NCBI GenBank assembly: GCA_003599755.1
Contig: QZJO01000013.1
Span: forward strand, 27,729 to 91,728
Direction: 5' to 3'
Source: Candidatus Parcubacteria bacterium
Lineage (GTDB): Bacteria > Patescibacteriota > Minisyncoccia > Sungbacterales > SURF-37
Length of the DNA stretch: 64,000 bases
Shown: positions 18,029 to 27,902 of the stretch, one piece after another
How the letters are laid out: every line of letters starts with the position of its first letter
How positions within the stretch are numbered: position 1 is the first letter of the stretch
The notes under the pieces: generated by a model
Seen by the model: only the letters and a program-made list of their open reading frames with translations
The model's database searches: none
Told to the model about the DNA's origin: nothing
Translations under genes and position numbers: made by a program

Positions 18029-19861
18029 CTATTCCGTCGTCACGGACTTGGCGAGATTCCGAGGCTTGTCGACATTGATGCCGCGGGACACGCCCATCCA
18101 GTAGGCGAACAATTGCAGCGGAATTGCGGTCAGAACCGGCATGAGGAACTCGTCGTCTTCCGGCACGGTGATCGTCGCGTCGGCAAGCGAAGCGATTTCA
18201 CTATCGTCCGGATTTGCGATGGCAATGACCGGTCCGCGGCGCGCCTTGATCTCCTGGATGTTCGCGACCATCTTTTTGCGGCGGGAGTCGCGTACGGCGA
18301 TCGCGATCGTGGGAAACCGGTCATCAACGAGGGCAAGCGGCCCGTGTTTCATCTCGCCAGCCGAATAGCCCTCGGCATGCGCATAGGAAACCTCCTTCAG
18401 CTTGAGCGCACCTTCGAGCGCGACGGGGTACTGATATCCGCGGCCGATGAAAAGGCAACTCTGCATCCAGCCGAACTGTTCAGCGACCGCTCGAACGTGG
18501 TCGCTTTGCGCGAGCGCCGTGGTGATCTTATCGGGTAACCGGAGGACGGCTTCGAGCATGCGCTCCGCGTCTGTCCGGATCAGATCACGCTGGCGGCCCA
18601 GGTGGATCGCCAGGAGCGCGAGCAGGGTGACCTGGGAAACGAAGGCCTTGGTACTCGCGACCGATGTCTCGGGGCCGATATGGTTGTAGATACCTGCATC
18701 GGTCAGACGCGCGATGGCCGAACCGACGCGGTTGACGATGCCGAGCGTGAGAATGCCGCGGTCCTTGCCGCCTTTGATGGCGAGCAGCGTGTCCATCGTT
18801 TCGCCGGACTGGCTGATAGCGAGCATCGCGCTGTTGCGCCGCGATGATGTACGGCGGTATTCGTATTCGGACGCCAGCACTGCTGTAGCAGAAAGACCAG
18901 CGTAGGCCTCGATGTACATGGCACCGATGAGTGCGGCATGGTAGGCCGTGCCGCATCCGACGACGGTGAGGTCCTCGATCGCAGAGAGCTGTTTTTCGAC
19001 GGCGGCGAGGCCGCCGAACCGCACGTGGCCTTCTCTCGCGATGATGCGGCCGCGTAACGAGTTGGACAGAGCCGCCGGTTGCTCATTGATCTCGAAGAGC
19101 ATCCGATGCGGAAACCCGCCGAACTCCGCGCTCTCGGCCTCGAGCTCGATCGCTTGCGATGGGCGCATGCGAGTCACCGCGCCCGCGTCAACGATCATAT
19201 GGCTGGTCGGCGAAAGTGTGGCGATGTCGTAGTCCTCGAGATGTACCACTTCGCGGGTATGGATGGCCATGGCCGCCGCGTCGGATGCGATAAGGCGGGC
19301 ATCGGGCAGAATGCCGATGGCGAGCGGGCTCGAACGGCGGCTGGCGACGATAACGCCGGGTTCGTCGGCCGTGATGGCAACGAGCGCAAAGGTGCCTTCG
19401 ATCTGGTGGATGGCGGCACGCATGGCCTCGGCGAGATTACCGCGATACTCCATCTCCAAAAGATGCGCCACTACTTCGGTGTCGGTCTCGGAGGTGAAGC
19501 GATGACCGGCCGCCGTTAGCACGCGGCGCAGTGCATCGTGGTTCTCGATGGTGCCGTTATGGACGACAGCGAAACGCGTGTCGCAGCCGGTGTGTGGGTG
19601 CGTGTTCCGTTCGCTCGGCGCGCCATGGGTAGCCCAGCGGGTATGCCAGATACCGACAGAACTGACCAGAGTATGTCCGGACACTGCATCACGGAGCGCG
19701 TTGATGTCGCCCACGGATCGGATGATGGTCAACTCGGCGCTGTTTTGGAGTGCAAAGCCGGCTGAATCGTATCCGCGGTACTCGAGACGACGAATGCCTG
19801 CCATGCCCCAGGGCACGATGTTGGTATTCGGAACAGCCGTAATGCCGTAGATTCCGCACAT
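18029..19861 (-). CDS. glmS: Glutamine--fructose-6-phosphate transaminase
   Basis: MCGI, LEYRGYDSAG, HTRWATHG, SQSGET, LKLKE, C-terminal PRNLAKSVT; AAGGAGG SD. Confidence 0.97.
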   Translation of the reverse strand: MCGIYGITAVPNTNIVPWGMAGIRRLEYRGYDSAGFALQNSAELTIIRSVGDINALRDAVSGHTLVSSVGIWHTRWATHGAPSERNTHPHTGCDTRFAVVHNGTIENHDALRRVLTAAGHRFTSETDTEVVAHLLEMEYRGNLAEAMRAAIHQIEGTFALVAITADEPGVIVASRRSSPLAIGILPDARLIASDAAAMAIHTREVVHLEDYDIATLSPTSHMIVDAGAVTRMRPSQAIELEAESAEFGGFPHRMLFEINEQPAALSNSLRGRIIAREGHVRFGGLAAVEKQLSAIEDLTVVGCGTAYHAALIGAMYIEAYAGLSATAVLASEYEYRRTSSRRNSAMLAISQSGETMDTLLAIKGGKDRGILTLGIVNRVGSAIARLTDAGIYNHIGPETSVASTKAFVSQVTLLALLAIHLGRQRDLIRTDAERMLEAVLRLPDKITTALAQSDHVRAVAEQFGWMQSCLFIGRGYQYPVALEGALKLKEVSYAHAEGYSAGEMKHGPLALVDDRFPTIAIAVRDSRRKKMVANIQEIKARRGPVIAIANPDDSEIASLADATITVPEDDEFLMPVLTAIPLQLFAYWMGVSRGINVDKPRNLAKSVTTE

Positions 19862-20010
19862 GGTAGTCCTCCTTGTCAGGTTGGGGAAGAACTTCTCCTA
19901 TCCATGATACCGGCGTATATACTGCTCTGTTTTCAGGGTATCGCGCGGTACCGGAAGCGGCTGCGTAGGCACTGTCGCAAGGGCTGAAAATGCACTATGG
20001 TACAATTGAT

Positions 20011-20772
20011 ATGGCAACCGTCATCGCATTCTGTAATCAAAAAGGAGGTACGGGAAAGACCACGACGGCCGTGAATGTCGCAAGCTATCTTGTGGCGCTC
20101 GGCAAGCGGGTGCTTGTCGTGGATATCGATCCCCAGGCAAACGCGACTTCGGGCATCGGCGTGCAGGCGGGCGAGCGGCATCTGTACCATGGCCTCGTGC
20201 GGGATGCGCATCCGGATGAATTGATCCGCCATTCCGGCCTGATGAATCTCCATGTGTTGCCGGGGCATCCGGACTTGGCCGCCGCGACCGTGGAGCTCGT
20301 ACCGATGGAGAACCGCGAATACCGGCTGCGCGATCTCTTGCGCCGCGTCGGCCGCCGCTACGATTTTATTCTCATCGATCCGCCGCCGACGCTCGATCTT
20401 CTGACCATCAACGCGTTGACGGCGGCCGATCAGGTGATCATCCCGGTACAGTGCGAGTACTACGCGCTCGAGGGGCTGGCGCGCCTGATGCATACGATCA
20501 ATCTTGTCAATCAGAATTTGAAAATGAAAGTGCGGACCATGGGCGCATTGCTGACGATGTTTGATCGCACAAGCCGGCTGCACCGCGCGGTCGCGCGGGA
20601 CGTGCGCAAAAAGTTTCCCGGCTATGTATTTGATGCCGTTATCCCGAGGAACGTTAGCTTGGCCGAGGCGCCGAGCTTCGGCAAAACGATCCTCCAGTAC
20701 GATCCCTATTCGCACGGCGCGAAGGCCTACCGAAAATTGGCGCAGGAAATTGTTAAGATCGAAAAAGAATGA
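20011..20772 (+). CDS. parA: Chromosome partitioning ATPase ParA/Soj
   Basis: NQKGGTGKTTT, DIDPQANAT, PVQCEYYALEG, IPRNVSLAEAPS. Confidence 0.96.
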   Translation: MATVIAFCNQKGGTGKTTTAVNVASYLVALGKRVLVVDIDPQANATSGIGVQAGERHLYHGLVRDAHPDELIRHSGLMNLHVLPGHPDLAAATVELVPMENREYRLRDLLRRVGRRYDFILIDPPPTLDLLTINALTAADQVIIPVQCEYYALEGLARLMHTINLVNQNLKMKVRTMGALLTMFDRTSRLHRAVARDVRKKFPGYVFDAVIPRNVSLAEAPSFGKTILQYDPYSHGAKAYRKLAQEIVKIEKE

Positions 20773-21230
20773 AGCGCATTGCCATTATTTTTATAGTCGT
20801 CGCTGTAATTTTTGGCTTATTTCTTTACAGTAGGCGCGAAAAGGAAGTTTCCGGGCGCGTTGTTGCGTGCGAAACCGGAGAGCCGATTGCTGGAGCTACA
20901 GTTTCAGCGCATCAGCACGGATGGGGGCTCTCGAATGGCATGCCCGTCTGGGATAAAGAATATACGACAACTGCGGTAAGCAGTTCTGATGGTTCATTTT
21001 CGCTTGCTTGGCGGGTCGGTAATGCGGCGCAATTGCGGGCTAAGCATGATAACTATATCGTTGCTGAATGGTGGGCAAAAGATACGGAAACGGTTTCTTT
21101 GCCATTGCGCCCCGGAACCGATCCGTTCCCATTGGCGGTAACATATAATTGCAAACTCGTTTCTGAATGCATGGTATGTGAAATGATAAACGGTGTTGAA
21201 ACGTGTCATAATTCGTGTCTGCCTCAATGA
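20769..21230 (+). CDS. Small exported protein (carboxypeptidase-regulatory-like fold) with Cys-rich tail
   Basis: N-terminal TM/signal, VSGRVV..ETGEPIAGATV, TTAVSSSDGSFSL; ATGA overlaps with parA and parB. Confidence 0.7.
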   Translation: MKRIAIIFIVVAVIFGLFLYSRREKEVSGRVVACETGEPIAGATVSAHQHGWGLSNGMPVWDKEYTTTAVSSSDGSFSLAWRVGNAAQLRAKHDNYIVAEWWAKDTETVSLPLRPGTDPFPLAVTYNCKLVSECMVCEMINGVETCHNSCLPQ

Positions 21231-22327
21231 CCAACCCTCTCGGCAAAGGACTTGAATCGCTCATTCCGGGCAAGGCCACGCCGCCTCCGGAACCGGAGCC
21301 GTTGGACGTGCTACACGGCCAAAAAGAGCTCGACGAGCCGATGCATCGGTTCCACGACGGCGGTCCGATGCGCCAAGCTGCATCCGCGCCCGGATCGACG
21401 GGTACTGCAGCGCCGGTGAACGCGGCCGCTTCCACGCCCTTGCCGCCGCGAACGATCCAAGTCGATACGCCGGGTCGGATGATGTTTTCGGCGCAGCCCA
21501 TCCGTGGGGATAGTATTTTCTGGATTGAGATCACCAAGATCGAGCCGAATCCCTTTCAGCCGCGCCGCGTGTTCGACGCGGGCGAGTTGACCGCGCTTGC
21601 GCAATCCATCCGCGATCATGGCGTGCTGCAGCCGCTGTTGGTAACGAAGGTTACCAAGGATACGCCCAGCGGCGTGGACGTGCGCTATCAGTTGATCGCC
21701 GGCGAACGGCGCTGGCGCGCATCCAAGCTCGCGGGTTTGCGCACGGTGCCGGTGATCGTACGCGGAACCGATACGTCCGATCAGGCCAAGCTCGAGTTGG
21801 CGCTCATCGAAAACGTCCAGCGCGAGGACCTGAACGCGATCGAGCGGGCCAAGGCCTTCCAGCAATTGATCGATGAATTCCGCCTCGGGCACCAGGATAT
21901 CGCCAAGCGCATCGGCAAAAGCCGGGAGATGGTGACCAATACGCTCCGCCTTTTGCGCCTCCCTAAAGAAATGCAGGATGCGATTTCGGGGGGCGTAATC
22001 ACCGAAGGCCATGCCCGCGCGCTCTTGATGCTGGATCCGGAACCGGATAAGCAGCAGCAGTTATTCCGCGAAATGCAGCAAGGTCCGATGTCCGTGCGCG
22101 CGGCCGAGCTTGCGGCGCGGGCCTTGGGCGGCGCCAAAGTGCAAAAACGGAGCAAGCTGAAAAACACGCCCGTGGATCCGGATCTCCAGTCGCTGCGCGA
22201 GCGACTTGAAGAGCTGTTTGGAACCAAGGTATCGCTGATCCGGCGCGGCGAGCGCGGCCGGATCATCGTGGAATTTTATTCGGATGAAGAGTTGCAGGGG
22301 ATTATGGGACGGATCGTGAAGGAATAG
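21227..22327 (+). CDS. parB: ParB/Spo0J partition protein
   Basis: LGKGLESLI, PNPFQPRR, LIAGERRWRA, ALIENVQREDLN, HTH. Confidence 0.96.
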   Translation: MTNPLGKGLESLIPGKATPPPEPEPLDVLHGQKELDEPMHRFHDGGPMRQAASAPGSTGTAAPVNAAASTPLPPRTIQVDTPGRMMFSAQPIRGDSIFWIEITKIEPNPFQPRRVFDAGELTALAQSIRDHGVLQPLLVTKVTKDTPSGVDVRYQLIAGERRWRASKLAGLRTVPVIVRGTDTSDQAKLELALIENVQREDLNAIERAKAFQQLIDEFRLGHQDIAKRIGKSREMVTNTLRLLRLPKEMQDAISGGVITEGHARALLMLDPEPDKQQQLFREMQQGPMSVRAAELAARALGGAKVQKRSKLKNTPVDPDLQSLRERLEELFGTKVSLIRRGERGRIIVEFYSDEELQGIMGRIVKE

Positions 22328-22333
22328 AATTCG

Positions 22334-22369
22334 AAACAAAAATCCCGGCGAATGCCGGGATTTTTGTTT
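22334..22369. terminator. Bidirectional intrinsic terminator between convergent parB and topA
   Basis: AAACAAAAATCCCGGC-GAAT-GCCGGGATTTTTGTTT, perfect 16-bp stem. Confidence 0.85.
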
Positions 22370-24425
22370 ATTCTTCAGCTGCGGCTTTGGCCGCTTTCGC
22401 CTTCTGCTTCTTTTCGGGAATTGGTTTCCGCGGATCGTTCCACGTCGCATATTTGCAATCCGGATATCGGCCGCACCCGAAGAACATCCGGCCTTTGCGC
22501 GTGCGCCGCTCGAGGATTTCGGCCTGGCCGCATTCGGGACACCGCACGCCCGTGGATTTGGGCGGGTCTTTGGGCATGGGCTTGGCGTTCTTGCAATCGG
22601 GAAATCCCGAGCAGGCGAGGAACTTGCCGAAGCGGCCGTATTTGACGAGCATTGGCTTGCCGCATTTTTCGCAGACCTCGTTCGTTTCTTCGACCGGCGT
22701 GCGCCGCTCGACGACCTCGTATTTTTCAGCCAAGTGCTTGGCAAACGGCTCATAGAATTCGCCGATCACCGGCCGCCATGCGCGCTTGCCTTCGGCGATT
22801 TCGTCCAGTTCCTCTTCCATTTTCGCCGTGAATTGGATATCCACGATCTCGGGGAAATGCTCGACCAACAGATCATTGACGATATTGCCGATCTCGGTCG
22901 GCCGCAGGCGCTTTTGCTCGTCTTTTTCAACATAGTTGCGATCTTGGATCGTCGCGATGGTCGGCGCATAGGTCGAAGGTCGGCCGATGCCTGCCTGTTC
23001 CAATGCTTTGATGAGCGACGCTTCGGAGAAGCGGGGCGAGGGTTCGGTGAAGTGCTGCTCGGGAACCACGGCGTCGAGTCCGAGCGCCTCATCCTTAGCA
23101 AGCTGGGGCAGCGACACTTCCTCGATTTTTACCGGCCATGCGGCAAGGAAGCCGTCGAACTTCTGGGTCTGGCCGTTGGCACGGAACGTATATGCATCGT
23201 TGGCCTCCTGGGGCGCAACCGCAATATCCACGCTTACGGCTTCGAACAGCGCTTCGGGCATTTGCGATGCCATGAAGCGCCGCCAGATGAGGTCATAGAG
23301 CCGGAACTGTTGGCGATCGAGCGAGGAGCGGATGGAATCGGGCGTGCGCGCCGGATCGGTTGGCCGGATGGCTTCGTGCGCTTCTTGCGCGCCCTTGGCT
23401 TTGGTCTTGAAGCGGCGCGCTCCCGCGGCATAGCTTTTTCCAAAGAGCGTTCCGATGGCAGATTGCGCGCGGGCGAGCGACTCTTCAGAAAGGTTAAGCG
23501 AATCGGTACGCATGTACGTGATGAGGCCGGTCGAGCCCTCGCCGGCGAGATCCATGCCTTCGTAGAGCTGCTGGGCGATGCGCATGGTCTGACGCGCGGA
23601 AAAGCCGAGGCGGCGGAAAGATTCCTGCTGCAGCGTGGAGGTGGTAAACGGTGTGGGCGGTTTTTTTGAAACGGCTTTGGTTTCGATGCCGATCACGGTC
23701 CAGGTTGCCTGCTCGAGCCGCGCGGTGATGGCCTTTGCCTCTTGTTCATTCGGGATGGCGAATTTATCGAGTGTCTCGTTATTGATGCGGACGAGGCGCG
23801 CCGAAAAGATATCTTGTTTGCGTTTTTCCGGATGTACGTTCGCGGCAATGGTCCAGTATTCTTGCGGCTTGAAGGCCTGGATTTCGCGCTCGCGCTCGAC
23901 GATCAGGCGCACGGCCACGGACTGCACGCGGCCTGCCGAAAGCCCACGCAGCACTTTTTTCCAAAGGAAGGGCGAGAGCGAGTAGCCGACGAGCCGATCC
24001 AAAATACGGCGCGCCTGCTGGGCGTCGACGCGGCGCATGTCGATGGTGCGCGGGTTTTTGAGCGCCTCTTCGATGGCCGATTGGGTGATTTCGTGAAATA
24101 CGATGCGCTCGGCTTTGTCTGCGTCTAAGCCCAGGGCCTCGGTCAGATGCCAGGCGATGGCTTCGCCTTCGCGGTCTTCATCGGTCGCGAGAATCACACG
24201 CTCGGCTTGGCTCGCTTGTTTCTTCAAAAGCGTGACCTGTTTTTTTGACTTGGTCGGAATGATGTACGACGGTTCGTAATTCTTTTCGATTTCCACGCCG
24301 AGCTTGGATTTGGGCAGATCGCGAATGTGCCCGTACGACGATTCCACCGCAAAATCGCTCCCGAGGAAGCGGGAGATGGTGCGCGCTTTGGTCGGCGATT
24401 CGACGATGACGAGTGATTTGGCCAT
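22368..24425 (-). CDS. topA: DNA topoisomerase I
   Basis: LVIVESPTKA, ATDEDREGEAI, SAGRVQS, ITYMRTDS, C-terminal zinc ribbons. Confidence 0.97.
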   Translation of the reverse strand: MAKSLVIVESPTKARTISRFLGSDFAVESSYGHIRDLPKSKLGVEIEKNYEPSYIIPTKSKKQVTLLKKQASQAERVILATDEDREGEAIAWHLTEALGLDADKAERIVFHEITQSAIEEALKNPRTIDMRRVDAQQARRILDRLVGYSLSPFLWKKVLRGLSAGRVQSVAVRLIVEREREIQAFKPQEYWTIAANVHPEKRKQDIFSARLVRINNETLDKFAIPNEQEAKAITARLEQATWTVIGIETKAVSKKPPTPFTTSTLQQESFRRLGFSARQTMRIAQQLYEGMDLAGEGSTGLITYMRTDSLNLSEESLARAQSAIGTLFGKSYAAGARRFKTKAKGAQEAHEAIRPTDPARTPDSIRSSLDRQQFRLYDLIWRRFMASQMPEALFEAVSVDIAVAPQEANDAYTFRANGQTQKFDGFLAAWPVKIEEVSLPQLAKDEALGLDAVVPEQHFTEPSPRFSEASLIKALEQAGIGRPSTYAPTIATIQDRNYVEKDEQKRLRPTEIGNIVNDLLVEHFPEIVDIQFTAKMEEELDEIAEGKRAWRPVIGEFYEPFAKHLAEKYEVVERRTPVEETNEVCEKCGKPMLVKYGRFGKFLACSGFPDCKNAKPMPKDPPKSTGVRCPECGQAEILERRTRKGRMFFGCGRYPDCKYATWNDPRKPIPEKKQKAKAAKAAAEE

Positions 24426-24431
24426 TCTGAG

Positions 24432-25523
24432 TTATGCGACGCGTTGAAATCGGTTCTGTCCCATGCCGCGAACGTACCCTTTTAATTCCAACATGGAAAG
24501 GCAAGATATGACTGCCGCGGGCGGAAGTTCGGTCGTGCGGCAAAGCTCATCGACGCTCTGCGGCTCCGACAAGAGTTCCAATATGGTGCGCTGGGTCGCG
24601 TCCGTCAAGGCGCCGGCGCTCGATGGAGGCGCGGCGCGTTTGGAAATGCCGAGCGCGTCGACCAGTTCTTCGGCGCTTCGGAGTAGTGCGGCGCCTTCTT
24701 GAATCAGGCGGTTGTTGCCCGCACTCGCCGCGGAAAAGAGTGTGCCCGGAATCGCGAATACGTCGCGGCCCTGCTCAAGCGCGTAGTTGACGGTGATGAG
24801 CGTGCCCGAGCGCTCGGGCGCCTCGGCCACGACCACCACGCGTACCAGGCCGGCGATGAGACGGTTGCGCGCGCGGAAATGGTGTTTCAGCGGCCGGCTT
24901 GCGGGCGGATATTCGGAAATGACCGCGCCGCCTTTGCGAATTATCTGCTCCGCCATGTCCCAATGCTCGGCCGGATAGAACGACGTGCGATCCAAGCCGC
25001 CGCCCAATACGCCGACGGTTTCGATACTCGATTCGAGCGCGGCGCGATGCGCCGCGCCGTCAATGCCGCGCGCGAGGCCGCTGACAATCGCCACGTCGGC
25101 GATATCGGCAAGATCGCGCACGATTTTCCGCGTCGCTTCCAAGCCGTAAGGCGTTGCTTTGCGCGTGCCGATCACGGCGATGCGCGGCTTTCCGGGCGTA
25201 ATCCTTCCTTTTATATAGAGCGCGGCCGGCGGATGAGCCAGTTGCCGCAGTTCGTGCGGGAATTCATCATCTTCGGCCGCGACGAGCGCGATGCCAAAGC
25301 CCACGAGCTTGCGCAATTCCTCGTCCGGACGTACGCGGTCGCGGGCGCGCGCGATGTGGTTCGCGCGTTCGGCGTTTAAGCCGGCCTGTTCCAGCGCGGC
25401 GCTCGATGCGCGCCACGCGTTTTCATACGACGGAAACGCGGCGCGGAGTTTCTCGATCGTATCGAGCTCCGCTCCGGACTGCAGTATCGCATGCAGGAAT
25501 TTTTTTTCCTGTGCGGCTAACAT
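24432..25523 (-). CDS. dprA: DNA-processing protein DprA
   Basis: AVIGTRKAT.YG, IVSGLARGID, RNRLIAG, SGTLIT, ALEQGRDVFAIPG, winged-helix C-terminus. Confidence 0.95.
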   Translation of the reverse strand: MLAAQEKKFLHAILQSGAELDTIEKLRAAFPSYENAWRASSAALEQAGLNAERANHIARARDRVRPDEELRKLVGFGIALVAAEDDEFPHELRQLAHPPAALYIKGRITPGKPRIAVIGTRKATPYGLEATRKIVRDLADIADVAIVSGLARGIDGAAHRAALESSIETVGVLGGGLDRTSFYPAEHWDMAEQIIRKGGAVISEYPPASRPLKHHFRARNRLIAGLVRVVVVAEAPERSGTLITVNYALEQGRDVFAIPGTLFSAASAGNNRLIQEGAALLRSAEELVDALGISKRAAPPSSAGALTDATQRTILELLSEPQSVDELCRTTELPPAAVISCLSMLELKGYVRGMGQNRFQRVA

Positions 25524-25537
25524 TGCCTCTCACTATA

Positions 25538-25666
25538 CCCGGTAGTAGAACTTCGAACAATCATGCAAGCGCTTCGCGTATGAGTATATCCATCTTTGGC
25601 ATATGTAAACTGCATGACGGTTTCCGGCATTACATTCCGTTATCCATTCGAAGTTTCACTATCGGG
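25538..25666. mobile_element. MITE-like element, family B, copy 1 (upstream of dprA)
   Basis: 20-bp TIR CCCGGTAGTAGAACTTCGAA vs CCCGATAGTGAAACTTCGAA (17/20), flanked by TATA on both sides; second copy at 30458. Confidence 0.75.
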
Positions 25667-25789
25667 TATACCGACCGCGGAATGGTTTGACAACGCATAA
25701 TCCGTGCGGTAGTCCTTGAACAGGGTTTACGCATACCGGCTCTTCGATAACCGATACATCACATACCAGGCGACCCGAAGGAGGGATGC

Positions 25790-26806
25790 ATGGTCCAGAG
25801 CGAGACCTTCATCGACCGGCTCGTGCATGCGATCCAGGAAAAGCGGAGCGTGCTCTGCGTCGGGATCGATCCGCAATTCGATTCGATACCCGAGCCTTTG
25901 AAGCGGGAGGCGATCAGCCGCTACGGTAAGACACTGCGGGCGATCCGCCATCTCTTCGAGGAATTCGCCAAGCGGATCATCCATGCGGTCGAATTCGATG
26001 CGGTAGCGGTCAAACCCAACTGGGGTTTTTTCGTCGGCTATGGGTATCACGGTTTCCGCGCGTATCAAAACATTCTCCAGTATGCCCAGCGGCAGGGCCT
26101 GATCGTCATCGCTGATGGAAAACCCGGTGATGGGCCGCCGACCGCCCAGTACTACGCCAAGGGGTTTCTCGGTGAGATGCCCTTCTGGCCGGACGGAGAC
26201 GGAAGGCCGACGACGATTCGGTCGCCCATCCGGGCCGACGCCATGACCGCGCAAGTCGAGCTCGGCGAACCATGGTGGGATGCGCTGCGCGATGAGGTCG
26301 TCGCGACCGGACGCGGCGCGTTCCTGATGCTGCGCTCTTCGTTCCGCGGGGGATGGAGCGGGCACGAATCGAGCATCCAGCGGCATACCACGATCAGCGC
26401 CGAGCCGTGGTGGGAGCAGTTCGCGCAGAGCCACATGAAAAAAATCTGCGCGGATACGGCCGGCAAAACCGGCTGGTACAATGTCGGCGCGGTGGTGGGC
26501 GCGACATTTCCCCGGGAGGCGGAAACAATCCGCAAAATCCTGCCCAAGGTCTGGTTTCTCACGCCGGGTCTCGGCGACCAGAAGGCGACAGCGGACGATG
26601 CCGTCGCGGGCGTCGATGACCAGGGTCTTGGCGTGCTCGCGGCGCCAAGCCGCAGCGTGATCTACGCATACATGCGCGAAGGATTCATCCGGCCGCCCGA
26701 AGAATTCGCGCAAGCGGCCGCGGCCGCCGCGCGCGTCGCGCGCGACGCGCTCAACATGGCGATCCAGCGGCGGCTGCACGATCGGAAGAATGCCACGGTC
26801 AGATAA
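25790..26806 (+). CDS. pyrF: Orotidine-5'-phosphate decarboxylase (divergent)
   Basis: SVLCVGIDP, VKPN, VIADGKPGDG..TAQYYA (DxKxxD), VGAVVGAT, LTPGLGDQ, SRSVIYA. Confidence 0.85.
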   Translation: MVQSETFIDRLVHAIQEKRSVLCVGIDPQFDSIPEPLKREAISRYGKTLRAIRHLFEEFAKRIIHAVEFDAVAVKPNWGFFVGYGYHGFRAYQNILQYAQRQGLIVIADGKPGDGPPTAQYYAKGFLGEMPFWPDGDGRPTTIRSPIRADAMTAQVELGEPWWDALRDEVVATGRGAFLMLRSSFRGGWSGHESSIQRHTTISAEPWWEQFAQSHMKKICADTAGKTGWYNVGAVVGATFPREAETIRKILPKVWFLTPGLGDQKATADDAVAGVDDQGLGVLAAPSRSVIYAYMREGFIRPPEEFAQAAAAAARVARDALNMAIQRRLHDRKNATVR

Positions 26807-27492
26807 TGGAAAAGGAGGATGCCTTGCTGACGAAGGAGGAACAAGAGGTCGCCCTGATTCTTCATCGCTGTCAGGTGAACCAGTTCAGTCGTACGGGGTT
26901 CCTGGGCGCGCACCACGCAGAGCATCCGGATGCGCCGCCGATGCCCGATTACATTCAGACGGCGAATCTGTATTCCTTCCCTGCGGACGCATGGAGGGTT
27001 GCTGAGATCTTCGCCGGGCGGTTCGGCGCTCGGCTGAAGGTCGAATGCGATCTGATCATGGATGTACCGAGGGCCTCGACGCCGTTCGTGGCATACGTGG
27101 CGGTCCTTACCGGCATTCCCATGATCATGCCTCAATACGAGTCCAAGCAGCGCGGCATCGACAGTCCGTTCACCGGCGTGTGGGTGTCGGGGCAGCGTGT
27201 CGGCATCATCGACGGCGTCAAGAATACCGGCCTTTCGCTTCGAAAGGCTATCGCGCACTGCAGGAAGCACCGGCTCGTGCCAACCTTCGCCGGCGCGATC
27301 ACGGATCGTGGTACTGACGAAGAAGAGTTCATCGATGGCGTGCCGTCCGGTTCGCTACTCCGCTGGCGGAGGGCCCTCGACTTTTACGAGTCGGAAAGCG
27401 ACATCCCGGCCGATCTCATTGATGCCTCACGGCAATATCCGGATGTGTTCAGGCGGTATCTCTGGGTGAAAAACCATGCGGACGGGAAGTAG
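26806..27492 (+). CDS. Type I phosphoribosyltransferase, PyrE-like, degenerate
   Basis: Coupled to pyrF; GQRVGIIDGVKNTGLSL resembles the PRPP loop; ITDR motif. Confidence 0.65.
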   Translation: MEKEDALLTKEEQEVALILHRCQVNQFSRTGFLGAHHAEHPDAPPMPDYIQTANLYSFPADAWRVAEIFAGRFGARLKVECDLIMDVPRASTPFVAYVAVLTGIPMIMPQYESKQRGIDSPFTGVWVSGQRVGIIDGVKNTGLSLRKAIAHCRKHRLVPTFAGAITDRGTDEEEFIDGVPSGSLLRWRRALDFYESESDIPADLIDASRQYPDVFRRYLWVKNHADGK

Positions 27493-27512
27493 CCGTCCAA
27501 GAAAGGGATCCG

Positions 27513-27836
27513 ATGCAGAATCAGCTGACTGACGTTCAGATGATCTCCTGGAACGATCTGCGGGCCCGGCTGCGGGAGGGCCTCGACAAGCTCCTCGCAG
27601 TGGTGCCCGAAGGCGATGCGCCGGAGTTGAAGCTGGGCTATCGCGACAGTGGGGGTTGGCTCCCGCTTCCGCCGGAGGCAGCCGATCCGCTCGTGCTGCT
27701 GCGCGAGTTCGTCGGGCCGGTCGTGACGCTATCGCGTCATCGGTCTCCCGCTCAAGTTCGCGCGCTTCTCCATCAAGGCGTCGGTCAATGCCTCATCGCC
27801 GAGGACCAGAGCTGGCATCAGGCCTACGTCGACTGA
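27513..27836 (+). CDS. Hypothetical protein
   Basis: 107-aa ORF, AAGGGA SD, third gene of the pyrF unit. Confidence 0.55.
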   Translation: MQNQLTDVQMISWNDLRARLREGLDKLLAVVPEGDAPELKLGYRDSGGWLPLPPEAADPLVLLREFVGPVVTLSRHRSPAQVRALLHQGVGQCLIAEDQSWHQAYVD

Positions 27837-27862
27837 AGCTTGCGCAGTTCCTTAAGGTTTCG

Positions 27863-27901
27863 GCCCGTCGCGCGAACGCGCGCGACGGGCTAACTCTTTT
27901 A
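27863..27901 (+). terminator. Intrinsic terminator between convergent genes
   Basis: GCCCGTCGCGCG-AACG-CGCGCGACGGGC then T-rich tract. Confidence 0.7.
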
Positions 27902-27902
27902 A

